Virus record (IMG/VR): IMGVR_UViG_3300020473_000011
Span: 186,001 to 250,000 of that record
Strand: one strand, 5' to 3'
DNA: 64,000 nt
Both the position numbers and the translations under genes were made by a program. Positions within the stretch are counted from its first letter, which is position 1, and each line of letters begins with the position of its first letter. Positions 44,609 through 55,388 of this stretch are shown piece after piece. The notes below the pieces were generated by a model. The model had not been told where the DNA came from, did not search any database, and saw nothing but the letters and a program-made list of their open reading frames with translations.

Positions 44609-47600
44609 TTAGGCTAGGTTACCCCATATAACGTACCCGTATTCGGTATCTCCCAGCGTATAACGGCGATATAGCCAGCTACCGTCATCAGGGTCTCTGT
44701 ACAGGATAGGCTCAACCACACCGTTTCGTATTGCCTCGATCATAGCTGCACGTGGTGAGTAAGTTCCTCGTGCTGTTCCGTTTTGCACTTTCTCGATCAA
44801 CTCTTCACGGTACTTAGTACGCAAGTCACGTAACCACTGCATCAGGTCAATCTGAACGATACCTGCCTTATAGCGTCGGAAGTCCTCACTTCGGAACTTA
44901 ATAGGCAAGTTAACATCAACCCTGTCATGGAACGGCAATGGCTTCATAAGTGAGTAGTCGATGCTATCAAGCACAGTGGCCATATCAACAGCATACTCTA
45001 CAAACAGGTCATCAGACTTAGCCACGGCCGCTTGCTTATAGCGGTCAATAATATCGAACGTTGGAAGAATATTACCGACTAGCTTCGCGTAGTCAGCCGT
45101 GTCCATCGGCTTCATCATACGGTAGTGCATGTTCGCAACAGGGTCACTGAGCAGGTACTGCTCGTAAGCTTGGCCAACGGCATTCACCATATCTTGGTAA
45201 CTCGCGTACTTAGAGTGCAGCACGCCACCTGCTTCGGCACCTGTTGCCTGTGCGTACGCTTCATCAATACGCGCGTCACTCAAGCCCATTGCCTTCAATG
45301 AACTGTAGAGCGAAGCAAGACCTTGCTCGTACTGCTCGTACAGACGGTCTAAGCGTTTTGCACTCACAGACTCTTGGTCATACTCGTCGTACAACGCAGT
45401 GTCACCTAGGTTAGACTGATCGAACTTATTGTAGCTCTCCGTGTCGCCTAGCCCTGCTTGTGCTACATCGGCGAATAGCTCGCCTTGCCCTAGCTGATAC
45501 TGTTTCAGGCGCATGTAGTGTGCCTTTGACACCTCTTTTGCTTGTGCAAAGAACATATCAGCTTGTGTAACGCTTAACCCAGCTTGCAGTAGTGCATTGT
45601 AGATTTCAGGCGCAACCAAGTCAGACTGTACTAGCTTGTTGTAAATAGCGCTGTCGCTTTCCAGTGATTGCTTGTAGCTCTGGTATGAGTCTGTTGTCTC
45701 TGCCAGCGCTTGACGCATAGCATGGTAGAACTCCGTCATACTCTCAGGCTTTTGTGCATACCACTGATTACCAAACCAGTTCTCGCGCATGACCTTAACG
45801 ACCTCGTCGTGCTCTTTCTCAGACAAGGCGACCTTTTGTTGTTTGAAGTCCCAGTGGTCGATAGCCACTTCGGTCAAGTTTGCGACCCACTTCTGGTATA
45901 GCTGACTTTCGCTCGGCGCAGCAAGTCTCTCAAAATCAAGACTATCAGCCAGCTTTGTGATCGTCTTGCGTAGCACAATCTCAATCTTCTTCGCGATACT
46001 CGACACATTCTGTGGATTAATACGCTTCATATCTGTAATGCGTATATCCGACGATGATACCTTGTCCCGCAACCCGATTGGTCGGTCGTTCAACAGACTG
46101 TAGCCACGGCCATCACGTCGCATCGCTATCCAAAAGTCGGTCGACACTATATCGCGTATTGGTACATACGCCTTGTTGGCTGCATGACCCAGTGGCACAC
46201 CCACTGGGAGTGATAAGCTATAGGCCGTTGACGTTGGACGTACATGCGGTGTAAAGCGCTTTTTAATGTCCGTCTTTGTCGCCATTTCTGACGTCAGTGT
46301 TTGATAGAACTTAGTGTGTGTTGCGTAACGGCTTTCACTTAGCTGGTGGTAGCCCGTACCACTAAATACTTCGCTGTAGTTGTCCAGCTGTTCAAAATGG
46401 ATCGCGTTAGAGAATACGTCGAACGGTGACCACTTCGTGTAGGTCACATCAGCATTAACATACTCTGACTCTATGCGGATAAAATCTTTATTCACGTAGT
46501 CATGCGCTTGTGCATTACGCAAGCGTATTACATCGGTAATTTTCACGTCTGGACGCGTCCGTACATCTTGGTCATACCGACGGTTCACGTCGACAGCTGA
46601 GACCTCAAGCTGCACCGAGTGGATAATACGACTTAACGTATGTTGGTCGTAGCGCTGTGTCCATTTTGGTAAACGGTAGTTCTCCACAAATGTTCGGGTA
46701 GGGATGACCCAGCGGTCAGTCTCAACCGTAACAGGTATACGTTGACCCATCGCACTTTGTTTGTACAGTACGGATGAACCCACGCCTTTTATTTGGTCGA
46801 GCATCTTAACCCACGCACTACCTACAATGCTGATTGATGGCGCTGTCGGCATCATAACTTGATGGTAGCGTGCGCCCTGCATCATTGGTGCCGCATGCTG
46901 CTGAGGTTTGACCCATTGCTCACCCGTCATACGCACAGCTGTGCTGGTGGTCGGATTAACCTGCTTAGTCAGAATATCTTGTGACAAACTCAATGAGTCC
47001 GTTTTCTTCTTGATAAGCTCAAGCTCTTGGGTTCCCATTATCTGGTCTGTACTTGCACGGTACGGCGACTGTATATGACTGCGCCCTAAGCTCTGCGAGA
47101 TATGACCGTAGTCTTGCAACCAGTTCGGCAGCCCATAAGGGAACGTATGGCGGAATTTAGGGAACCAGTACTCAGCCTTTTGAGACAGCGTACTTCTAAA
47201 GCCCGTCAGTGAATCGAACTTAACTTCTTGTAGGTTAAGACTCGCCTTAGCAACTTTCATTTCAATACTTTTCAGACGCATAGAGTCTGCTTGCGACCAC
47301 GGGGTCAGCTCTATTCGCTGAGTTACATAGCGCGTCAGTGCCTTTCGGCCATTGATGAGCTGTAGTGACCCCGATACATGGAAATCACTCTTAGTCATCG
47401 TCAGTGCAAACGGCTGGAACTTCGACATGTATGTCGTGCTCATGAATTTACCGTCACGTGGCTTATAACCCTTCACGGTCTTAACGCGCATGTGTCGCCC
47501 AAGTGCATCAGTCACACTCGGGATCTTCATGTGCTTGTAATGCTCCGTCGTTGCTTTCTCCATCTGAGCACCTGCCATCGCTAAGTGGAAGTCCGTTGCT

Positions 47601-50600
47601 TTTGCAAGGTCAACCGCTGCAAACTTTGGATTAAACCCACGCAGTACTTCAAGTGCTACATCAGTCAGGACAGGATTCTCGGCATAGCCTTCCTTCACGG
47701 CCATCGTTTCGTGCAAGTTGATCAGGGGCTGCATTACTTTTGAGTGTGCGTCGGCTAAGCGTATCGTCGTTCCAAACACTTCACTTGTCGTGTCAATTTT
47801 TGGCACGTTGTCCATCGTGATCTTAATCAATTCGACGGCAGTCTCCATCGTGTTGATTTGCAGCTTAGTGCCCGTAACATCAGCTAAATACTTAGCCCAG
47901 CGCATAACAACCGACTCGACATGCTTCATTGCAAGGCTGTGCGGTTCCATCACAAGCATAGCAACGTCGTTCATGATGGCATTGTATGAGGTTTCCGATT
48001 GCATTAGCACATCATTCATCGCCTTGATTTGACTACCTGCAATATTAAAGTTAGCCACTTCTGGTAACTGCTCTACAAAGTTGTCCATCAGCCTCATGTG
48101 AGTTGTTTGAAGTCCTGCTATCTCCATTGAAGACTCTTTACTCAGCGTCACCTTATTTTGCAGCGCACGTTGTGCAAGTCTATTTAGTAATACAGCCTGT
48201 TCAAGTATAGTAAGAGCATCTTGGTTTTGGTAGTTAACGCCAATTTCTTTCGTGAGCTGACGGTCGCGAACAAGCAGCAAGCGCTCGCCTAAGTGTGCTG
48301 CATAGCTCGTTAGGCTCGCCAGCGACACATTGTTTAGCTCTGTACGAATGTGACCACCACGCGTTAGTTTTGCACTGCCCTGTAGCTCAGTTGTTTTGAC
48401 TGTGCTTAACGGCAAACCATCCTCATAATGCGTCTGGCCACCTGCAACGCGTGTGTACAACAAGCCATCGGCCGTCGTGTCTTGTGACATTACGACGGTA
48501 GACGCGACGCCGTGCTCAATCGCTTGTCGTAGCGTCTGGTACTCGACAGTTGTCTCGACTAAATTTGACGCATAGTCAGTGCCTGCCACGACTGAGGCAT
48601 CGCTACTTAGGCGCGACGTACGCTGAACGGCCGAAGTTTCAATACGGTCTACCCAATAGCGCACCGATGGCTCTGACGTTAGTGTGACCGCCTTAACGTG
48701 TTTACGGTTAAGGTCATGACCTTGACGGTGATAGATGTCCTGCTGTGTGCTACTAAGTTTAGACGTAACCAGCTGTGTACCAACTTGCACATTAGTCCAT
48801 GATGCTTTCGTAAATGGCAGCTCTTCGCGGTGTGCTGATATTGAATCGGCCGTAACCAGCTTAATTAGCTCATCAATCGTAATACCGACTTTATCTAGCT
48901 TGAAGTTAACTAAGTCAGAGAGCACGCGGCTATTCTTGTCGACCTTAGTGAAGACACCTTTTGGTATGGCTTTCAGTTGGCTAAACGCCCAATCGACTAG
49001 ATTAGACTTTACAGCTTTAAGCCAGTCATTCGTATTGTAGGCGACTGCCTCAGCCTCAATATTGCTAACAGCATCGCGGCCAATCAGCACCGCATTTATC
49101 TGTGTTGAGGTATTTGATTTAGTCTCAAAATCAACACCATTCAATACACGCGTAATCCCTGAGTCTATGGCTAGTTGGGCACTGTCCATTAAAGTTGTGG
49201 ATGCGTGCAGGGCAGTGTCTAGTGTCTGTGTGTTCTTTGGCGAAATTGCTTGCGAGCGTATCAGTTTCACAAGGTCTTGGTAGTACGTTGACCCCGAAAT
49301 CACGTCCATACCCACAGGTTGTGGGAACATCGGCACGCCAGCTCTTTGAACATCAAAGTTACTTGCTGTTAGTGAATAGTTCTCGACCTCTATGATACGC
49401 AGGTCTACCTTGTTCTCTACGCGGGTGAATGGCTGTAGCGTGAACGCCTGACCCTTAACAAGTTCAGCACCTGTCTTAGCGCCACGCGCCACAAGCGTTG
49501 ACGACTTACTCGTGCCTAGGAAGCCCTGCACGCGCAGTGGTACCGTGCTAAAGCGGTTAATGGAAGTCTGCGCCATGTAGTATTCTAGAACGCTCTCAGC
49601 CTCACTACGGGCTTCGGTAAGGCGCAGAGGAACCACATTAAGTGACACCTTCGTTTCACCCATAGCAAAAGGTACTGCGTCCATAAAGCCACTACGGCTC
49701 TTTTCAACAGTGAACGTTAAGCGGTCAGTCCTTGTGCTCATACCACTGACTTTATGCAGTTGCAGCGTATTCTCTTTGGTTGACGCTTTGTGCTTCCCGA
49801 ATGGGATCAGGCGTGCTTCACTTGAGAACAGATAGCCCATCTTATTTAGGTCTATCGTTGTGGCGAACTTCTTAATCGTGTGGTTAACGTAACCTAGCCC
49901 TTTTGCTTGCGCTAAGGTTGAGCGGTGTACACGGCTGGGTATTTTTAACCCATCGCTATAATTCCACGCCGATCCTGATTGCATTTCAAAGGGTACAACC
50001 TGTGCTTGTGCTACACGATTGCCCGTGCCCACATCAAACGCTGCGCGCTGCCACTTGTAGGCTGCATCACGGAAAAGTCGCAGGGCGACTGTCGAGATAA
50101 AACCGCTTTGACTGTTCAGTGTAAAGGTGACATCGTCGTCAGCGACTGACGACCGAGCTAACGCATTGTATAACAGCTCAATTGTGCTTGAGAATGCGTT
50201 ACTCTCGCGTGCATCATAGCTTACCGTTTCAGGTAGACTGCTTGTAAGGTACGCTGCCGTTAAAAACTTGACTAGTTCCGCCGCAGGGACATCCTGATCG
50301 TCTCTAACGAGATTGATTATGTCTGTCCCAGCGGTGCTCAAGCGTGACATTAAGTAGCTCACGTCCTCGGCACTATCAGACGACAACAATGCCCGTGTGA
50401 AGCGTACTTTATCGACCCCCGAGTCAATTGACCAATTGCTCAGTACTTCGTAAAAAAGCTCAGCTACGTCACTTGTTCCTTTTGCTTGAGAAAAGACCAG
50501 CTTTTGTGCAGCTGGCATATTGCCGCCATTATCCAGACGGGTATTAATCCCCACCACATCATTTGAGGTGCCCACAGGCTTAGGCACTAGCGGATCAGTC

Positions 50601-53600
50601 GGTGCTGATGTTCGTGGTGCATTACGGCCATTCATAGGGTCGGCCGCCGCAGAGGTCGGAAACCCTCTGTTAGCCAGTATCGCATCGGCCATCGACGCTG
50701 TTGTGCTGCCTACTAAGTTGAAATTGAAGGATAGCGGGGCTTCCATCATGATGCGGTCAAGCGCATAACGTATAGCATACTTTAGCTCTTGTAATGCGTT
50801 TTGATTCGTCACTATATAGCGTAGTGTGTCGGCTATATGCGATTTAGTAGCACTTACCTTGAAGAGCTGAACCAAGTGGTTTGACGCATGAAGCGACAAG
50901 GCACTTGTTGGCGCATAGCCAAGTGCGTCGGGTGCCGTGAAAGTATAGAGCTGCACAGGGTACGCCAGCATAGGCTCCGCGTATTGCATGCCACGACCTG
51001 TCACCGTCATGTTAACGTGCTTAGCGTCTCTCATGCGGTTAGCCGTCACTTGTAGGGCACTCATCGGCGCGCCTACCTTTGAGGTTAGGTGGCTTAGCTC
51101 TGCCATGGTCAGCTTTGTCGAGGCAAATGCGCGGTTGCTTTCTACGTACGAAGCTAACCAGCGGTCTATTTTATCTTTCCCAGACCAGACACTACGTGTG
51201 GCATACGTACTATCAAAACCAGCTAGCGGTGCTTTAACACGCCATGATTTAATAACTTGTGAAAGTCCCAGTCTGTTCGTCTTAGTGAATGCCGAGCGTA
51301 GAGCCTCTAGCACGGTTTCCCCATGCGAAGAGGCTGACGAGGTGCCCTTTGTATCACCTTGAAAGTCTGAACTACGGTGGAGTGATGCAAGCACTGTGTC
51401 ATACCCCATCGCGATATGACGGCGAGCATGCGTGTAGTACTGCTGGTCGTAACCTAATACCTCTTTTCGCTGGTATTGGCCAGCCACAAAAAGGCCATCA
51501 AAGGCTTGAAAGGGTACCTGATAGCGAATACCCCTCATATCTTCGTCAGCAATAGAGATTGCACGCTTATCGCCTGTGAATAAAGCTGCTTGAGTCATGC
51601 TCTTTCGTGACGGGTAGGCCGCGCCGTATGACGCATTAGCACCCTCGTGGATAGACCTCGATACAAACGTAAAAGTCCATGTCTTGTAGGCAAGTCTACC
51701 CGCCAGCGTATTCAGTCCAATAAAGTACTGAACATCCGAATACGTCATCACGTTATGATAAGTACGTGATGCAATTGTTCGATTGGTTTCACCGTTAGAC
51801 AGTGCGCGACTGTAGTCAATATCTTGTGAAAAGCTGGTGCCTCGTTGCATTCCCTCAGAGTTAAGTAACTGGCGCTGAGCCGAGCGACTGTAGAGCATCA
51901 TCATGCGCATGAACGGATCAGCCGTTGCTGCTTGCGTACCATGTATACCTGTTTTTGTGCTGTAACCCGAACGTGAAGTAAATTGACGCGCTAGGTAGGC
52001 GTGAGCCGTGTTTGCCCAGTTCCGAATGCTTGTCTGCTGGATCTCAAACTTAAAGTTACCCACGGACAAGTCAACGTTCGACCTTAATAGCTTGTAGGAC
52101 GCATCCATCGTGCGCACTGTTACGGTACTACCCAAGGCGTAGTTATGTTTGTTCGCATGGTGTGCTGAACTACTTTGCATTACACGTGCTGAGTTATCAT
52201 TTGTTTCATGGGATGTCTGGTAAAGGCCAACCATTGCATTTGTGTTCGTACTCGCACGCGTAGACGGGGCGGAGATACCCACACGTTGAGGCTTAGCCTT
52301 GTAGTTGTCCCAAAAACCAGTCGTTAGCCTGACGTGGCGAACTTGGTCAACAGCGAAGCTTGGGATCTCAGGCGTCTTGTTCAAATCAGACGTCGACAGG
52401 TAGCATCGTATTTGATAACCCGTAAGTGTTCCATCTGCTGGTAACTGCTGTGGCTCGTTAGAGTATTCGGTGTACTTAGTTGTTAAAGACGATTGGTCAC
52501 GATACTGTAGGCGGAACTCCGTAAGTACCGAGGTGCCCGTCGGTATGACTGAATACAACGACGGTTCAACGCTCTGAATAACACGAAGAGACTCTACCTT
52601 AATGACATCAGATTCAAAGCTACCCACCCAGAAGCCACTCGCTTCCACAGGGTCTGATAGAAATAGGCGCTTTTGGCCATCGCTATCATACTGGAAGTCT
52701 GTGCCTTTCATTTCACCGTGAATGTCATCATGTAACGCTACTTCATCAACAGGCTCGTAGACTTCGACTCGGCTCCTGAAATGAAGGCCATCCATCACGT
52801 TGTACTGACGCTCAAGTCGCAATTCTTCATCAGTTACCCATGCAACCTGCGTGCTTGACTCCGTACCTTCGCTATCGGTAACAACCAATGTGCTGCCGTC
52901 ACTAACAACCAATAATGGGTCACCGTCATGCCCTAGTGAAAAAGATTGGCTCTCGTAGTGCTCGCCCACAAGGCAATCACTAACACTCGGTAGATTAAAA
53001 TAATCCGCCTTTTCTTCAAATAATATAACGGTCTCTGGTTGCTCACTATTAACTGCACCGTTAGTCTTCTCAATAGACTGGATGACCGTTGAGACCTCTG
53101 CACCATCAGGCTCGCTGATGGCGACCATCGTCACGACATAATTACCATGCCATGTGCTGTAGTAACCTTTGCGCTGCACGACGATTGGGTCTTCGTTTAG
53201 GGTCTCTGATTCTACGCTGTATAAATCAACAAGTAGCGAGCTGGCAAGGTCTAAGCAGTAAACTTCACCCGTAACCCGTGCCGAGAAAACAACTAAAGAA
53301 TTGTGAGCGTAAGCATGACCCACCTCGAAAGGAAGGGGCACCTCTTCAACGGTAAACTCGTCAAATGAAATAAAGTAAACAGCCGTCGTTGATACCGCAA
53401 CAATGCTACGAGAATAACCAAGCCACATTACGTGGTTTATATCGGCAACACCCTCTACGTAACGAAATGGCGCAAAGACAAGGCAGCCATCAGGATCTTG
53501 CTGTACATAGAATACATCAATATGATTGCGAGTATTTCCTACCACCCACAACAGGTCTTCTGCCCACACGACATCGGTTGCAGGGTCGGAGAGGGTGATC

Positions 53601-53935
53601 GTTTGTTGATGCTCAAGGGTTGGAGAGAAGACCTCAATGGTTCCTCGGTCGGTCAGGACTAAGACAACCTCTTTGCCTTCAATTGTACCGCTTATGGCAC
53701 GCTTAGGGGCGTCGACCTCGACCACATAAACAATGTCATGGCCAAGCGGTGTTACGGCAACCACGTAGTTCTCAGCATGGTTATGCAGATACACGAGTCC
53801 TCTGTTATCGGGTATAACAGGCGCAACAAGCTGGTCTTTTTTATTAGACCACCATGACCACTTACGGTCTAAATCGTCTACAAACGCTCTTAATTGAAGC
53901 GCGTCAATGCTTTCTCTTACACTCAAACTCGTCAC
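44609..53935 (-). CDS. Giant putative virion protein (3108 aa), tail-fibre/appendage-like
   Basis: Acidic N-terminus with propeller-like repeats; a Q.R..L.T.D...TP domain near aa 500; long Ser/Thr/Ala-rich middle; helical quasi-repeats at the C-terminus; GTG start. Confidence 0.6.
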   Translation of the reverse strand: MTSLSVRESIDALQLRAFVDDLDRKWSWWSNKKDQLVAPVIPDNRGLVYLHNHAENYVVAVTPLGHDIVYVVEVDAPKRAISGTIEGKEVVLVLTDRGTIEVFSPTLEHQQTITLSDPATDVVWAEDLLWVVGNTRNHIDVFYVQQDPDGCLVFAPFRYVEGVADINHVMWLGYSRSIVAVSTTAVYFISFDEFTVEEVPLPFEVGHAYAHNSLVVFSARVTGEVYCLDLASSLLVDLYSVESETLNEDPIVVQRKGYYSTWHGNYVVTMVAISEPDGAEVSTVIQSIEKTNGAVNSEQPETVILFEEKADYFNLPSVSDCLVGEHYESQSFSLGHDGDPLLVVSDGSTLVVTDSEGTESSTQVAWVTDEELRLERQYNVMDGLHFRSRVEVYEPVDEVALHDDIHGEMKGTDFQYDSDGQKRLFLSDPVEASGFWVGSFESDVIKVESLRVIQSVEPSLYSVIPTGTSVLTEFRLQYRDQSSLTTKYTEYSNEPQQLPADGTLTGYQIRCYLSTSDLNKTPEIPSFAVDQVRHVRLTTGFWDNYKAKPQRVGISAPSTRASTNTNAMVGLYQTSHETNDNSARVMQSSSAHHANKHNYALGSTVTVRTMDASYKLLRSNVDLSVGNFKFEIQQTSIRNWANTAHAYLARQFTSRSGYSTKTGIHGTQAATADPFMRMMMLYSRSAQRQLLNSEGMQRGTSFSQDIDYSRALSNGETNRTIASRTYHNVMTYSDVQYFIGLNTLAGRLAYKTWTFTFVSRSIHEGANASYGAAYPSRKSMTQAALFTGDKRAISIADEDMRGIRYQVPFQAFDGLFVAGQYQRKEVLGYDQQYYTHARRHIAMGYDTVLASLHRSSDFQGDTKGTSSASSHGETVLEALRSAFTKTNRLGLSQVIKSWRVKAPLAGFDSTYATRSVWSGKDKIDRWLASYVESNRAFASTKLTMAELSHLTSKVGAPMSALQVTANRMRDAKHVNMTVTGRGMQYAEPMLAYPVQLYTFTAPDALGYAPTSALSLHASNHLVQLFKVSATKSHIADTLRYIVTNQNALQELKYAIRYALDRIMMEAPLSFNFNLVGSTTASMADAILANRGFPTSAAADPMNGRNAPRTSAPTDPLVPKPVGTSNDVVGINTRLDNGGNMPAAQKLVFSQAKGTSDVAELFYEVLSNWSIDSGVDKVRFTRALLSSDSAEDVSYLMSRLSTAGTDIINLVRDDQDVPAAELVKFLTAAYLTSSLPETVSYDARESNAFSSTIELLYNALARSSVADDDVTFTLNSQSGFISTVALRLFRDAAYKWQRAAFDVGTGNRVAQAQVVPFEMQSGSAWNYSDGLKIPSRVHRSTLAQAKGLGYVNHTIKKFATTIDLNKMGYLFSSEARLIPFGKHKASTKENTLQLHKVSGMSTRTDRLTFTVEKSRSGFMDAVPFAMGETKVSLNVVPLRLTEARSEAESVLEYYMAQTSINRFSTVPLRVQGFLGTSKSSTLVARGAKTGAELVKGQAFTLQPFTRVENKVDLRIIEVENYSLTASNFDVQRAGVPMFPQPVGMDVISGSTYYQDLVKLIRSQAISPKNTQTLDTALHASTTLMDSAQLAIDSGITRVLNGVDFETKSNTSTQINAVLIGRDAVSNIEAEAVAYNTNDWLKAVKSNLVDWAFSQLKAIPKGVFTKVDKNSRVLSDLVNFKLDKVGITIDELIKLVTADSISAHREELPFTKASWTNVQVGTQLVTSKLSSTQQDIYHRQGHDLNRKHVKAVTLTSEPSVRYWVDRIETSAVQRTSRLSSDASVVAGTDYASNLVETTVEYQTLRQAIEHGVASTVVMSQDTTADGLLYTRVAGGQTHYEDGLPLSTVKTTELQGSAKLTRGGHIRTELNNVSLASLTSYAAHLGERLLLVRDRQLTKEIGVNYQNQDALTILEQAVLLNRLAQRALQNKVTLSKESSMEIAGLQTTHMRLMDNFVEQLPEVANFNIAGSQIKAMNDVLMQSETSYNAIMNDVAMLVMEPHSLAMKHVESVVMRWAKYLADVTGTKLQINTMETAVELIKITMDNVPKIDTTSEVFGTTIRLADAHSKVMQPLINLHETMAVKEGYAENPVLTDVALEVLRGFNPKFAAVDLAKATDFHLAMAGAQMEKATTEHYKHMKIPSVTDALGRHMRVKTVKGYKPRDGKFMSTTYMSKFQPFALTMTKSDFHVSGSLQLINGRKALTRYVTQRIELTPWSQADSMRLKSIEMKVAKASLNLQEVKFDSLTGFRSTLSQKAEYWFPKFRHTFPYGLPNWLQDYGHISQSLGRSHIQSPYRASTDQIMGTQELELIKKKTDSLSLSQDILTKQVNPTTSTAVRMTGEQWVKPQQHAAPMMQGARYHQVMMPTAPSISIVGSAWVKMLDQIKGVGSSVLYKQSAMGQRIPVTVETDRWVIPTRTFVENYRLPKWTQRYDQHTLSRIIHSVQLEVSAVDVNRRYDQDVRTRPDVKITDVIRLRNAQAHDYVNKDFIRIESEYVNADVTYTKWSPFDVFSNAIHFEQLDNYSEVFSGTGYHQLSESRYATHTKFYQTLTSEMATKTDIKKRFTPHVRPTSTAYSLSLPVGVPLGHAANKAYVPIRDIVSTDFWIAMRRDGRGYSLLNDRPIGLRDKVSSSDIRITDMKRINPQNVSSIAKKIEIVLRKTITKLADSLDFERLAAPSESQLYQKWVANLTEVAIDHWDFKQQKVALSEKEHDEVVKVMRENWFGNQWYAQKPESMTEFYHAMRQALAETTDSYQSYKQSLESDSAIYNKLVQSDLVAPEIYNALLQAGLSVTQADMFFAQAKEVSKAHYMRLKQYQLGQGELFADVAQAGLGDTESYNKFDQSNLGDTALYDEYDQESVSAKRLDRLYEQYEQGLASLYSSLKAMGLSDARIDEAYAQATGAEAGGVLHSKYASYQDMVNAVGQAYEQYLLSDPVANMHYRMMKPMDTADYAKLVGNILPTFDIIDRYKQAAVAKSDDLFVEYAVDMATVLDSIDYSLMKPLPFHDRVDVNLPIKFRSEDFRRYKAGIVQIDLMQWLRDLRTKYREELIEKVQNGTARGTYSPRAAMIEAIRNGVVEPILYRDPDDGSWLYRRYTLGDTEYGYVIWGNLA

Positions 53936-54113
53936 CGTCTCAATAGAACCTGCTTAGTTAGCTTGCAGGCTGTCAGCTCAAATCTTGTCTCACATATATT
54001 CACTATTGTACAGTGCATCGCCAGTTGTAGCCAGTATTGTACAATGATTTGAAGGTCTGAGGGCTTCGCAGGTAGCGTGGGGCAGGCTAGACGATGGGCA
54101 GGTAATGCTGCAC

Positions 54114-54141
54114 AAAAAAGCCCGCGCGGGGCGGGCTTTTT
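54114..54141. terminator. Terminator hairpin
   Basis: AAAAAAGCCCGC-GCGGG-GCGGGCTTTTT. Confidence 0.8.
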
Positions 54142-54153
54142 AACGAGCTGCGT

Positions 54154-55374
54154 CTACTTCTTCTTTTTAACTTCTGACTCTGGAATACCAGCGTCAACAA
54201 GATGAAGCATAATCAACTGCGTGTTGTATGGACCTGTCGGTTGGATGGCCACATAACGACGGTACAGCTTCTCGCCAGAATCTGGGTCAGTCTCACCATA
54301 CACGTGTACGTTAACTGGTAAGCCTGAGCTGATCACGTCTGCTGAGGTGAACGCAACCATATCCATTTCTGATTTGAAGCGGAAACGTGCCGTGTTCAAG
54401 CGTGATGGGAATAAGATGGCGTAACGAGAACCCGCTTTTTCCACACTTGCAACACCGATGTCACGCATTTCGATACGTGCTTGTTGTTGACGTAAGTTAA
54501 CCACGGCGTTCGAGTCGCGGCTATTACGCCATGCGTCAGCTTGACGTGAAGGTGCATTTACATCCTTCTCGCGTACAACAAAGCGCTTAACACAGATCGC
54601 ACCGTTCTTAGTTGCGCCACTAATAGGCACATTATGCTGCTCAGCATACTCTTCGAAGAATTGCTGGTGGGCAGGCGTACGCTGGTTAGCCTCGTTAGAG
54701 ATACCATACAACGCAAAGATCGGGTTACGACTACCAACAGGGTCAGCATCGCGAAGAGGCTCACCTGATGACTGGTCAACAGGGCGCTGAATAACGAACC
54801 AGCTTTGTGTCGGTGGATCACGCTGCTCGTCACCTTCTAACCACATACATAAGAAGATACCGTAGTCTGTCACCGAGCCACGCCATGAAACAGGGTGTGC
54901 ACGAAGGCGGCCTTTAACCACTGACGTATCGAAAAACGCACCTTGGCCGTTTTCAGAACGCTTAGTTTCAACGGTATCAATATATGAGTACTCGTCGGCA
55001 TGGCCTAGGTTACCCGATGGAATACCACGTGCATCCTGAATTACACCACCGTTACCTAAATCGCACTGTAGTAAGGTCGTTACCTGTGTCGAAATAGTTT
55101 GGTAGTTAAAGCTTGAATCAGCATGACCAGACTGGAACTGATTATTGCTGCTCATCTTGAGTGCAATCGGCTCATCTTCAAATAGATTTGTGCTATCACC
55201 AAGCGGCATGGCTAGGAAAGAGTAATCACTGTTATCAGTGAACTTCTCAAGCGAGTTCGGGAACTCATGTTTAATTTCCCAGCCCACAGTTTCCAACCAG
55301 CGCGCGATGTCGAATAACATCACGCGTAGGTCGCTGTAGCCGTATTTTACTGTACTGTCTACAGAAATTGACAT
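54154..55374 (-). CDS. Paralogue family B member (406 aa), putative virion protein
   Basis: SWFVIQRPVD / FVVREKDV / RLNTARFR / AFTSADVI. Confidence 0.75.
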   Translation of the reverse strand: MSISVDSTVKYGYSDLRVMLFDIARWLETVGWEIKHEFPNSLEKFTDNSDYSFLAMPLGDSTNLFEDEPIALKMSSNNQFQSGHADSSFNYQTISTQVTTLLQCDLGNGGVIQDARGIPSGNLGHADEYSYIDTVETKRSENGQGAFFDTSVVKGRLRAHPVSWRGSVTDYGIFLCMWLEGDEQRDPPTQSWFVIQRPVDQSSGEPLRDADPVGSRNPIFALYGISNEANQRTPAHQQFFEEYAEQHNVPISGATKNGAICVKRFVVREKDVNAPSRQADAWRNSRDSNAVVNLRQQQARIEMRDIGVASVEKAGSRYAILFPSRLNTARFRFKSEMDMVAFTSADVISSGLPVNVHVYGETDPDSGEKLYRRYVAIQPTGPYNTQLIMLHLVDAGIPESEVKKKK

Positions 55375-55388
55375 TGTCTCACCTCAAC

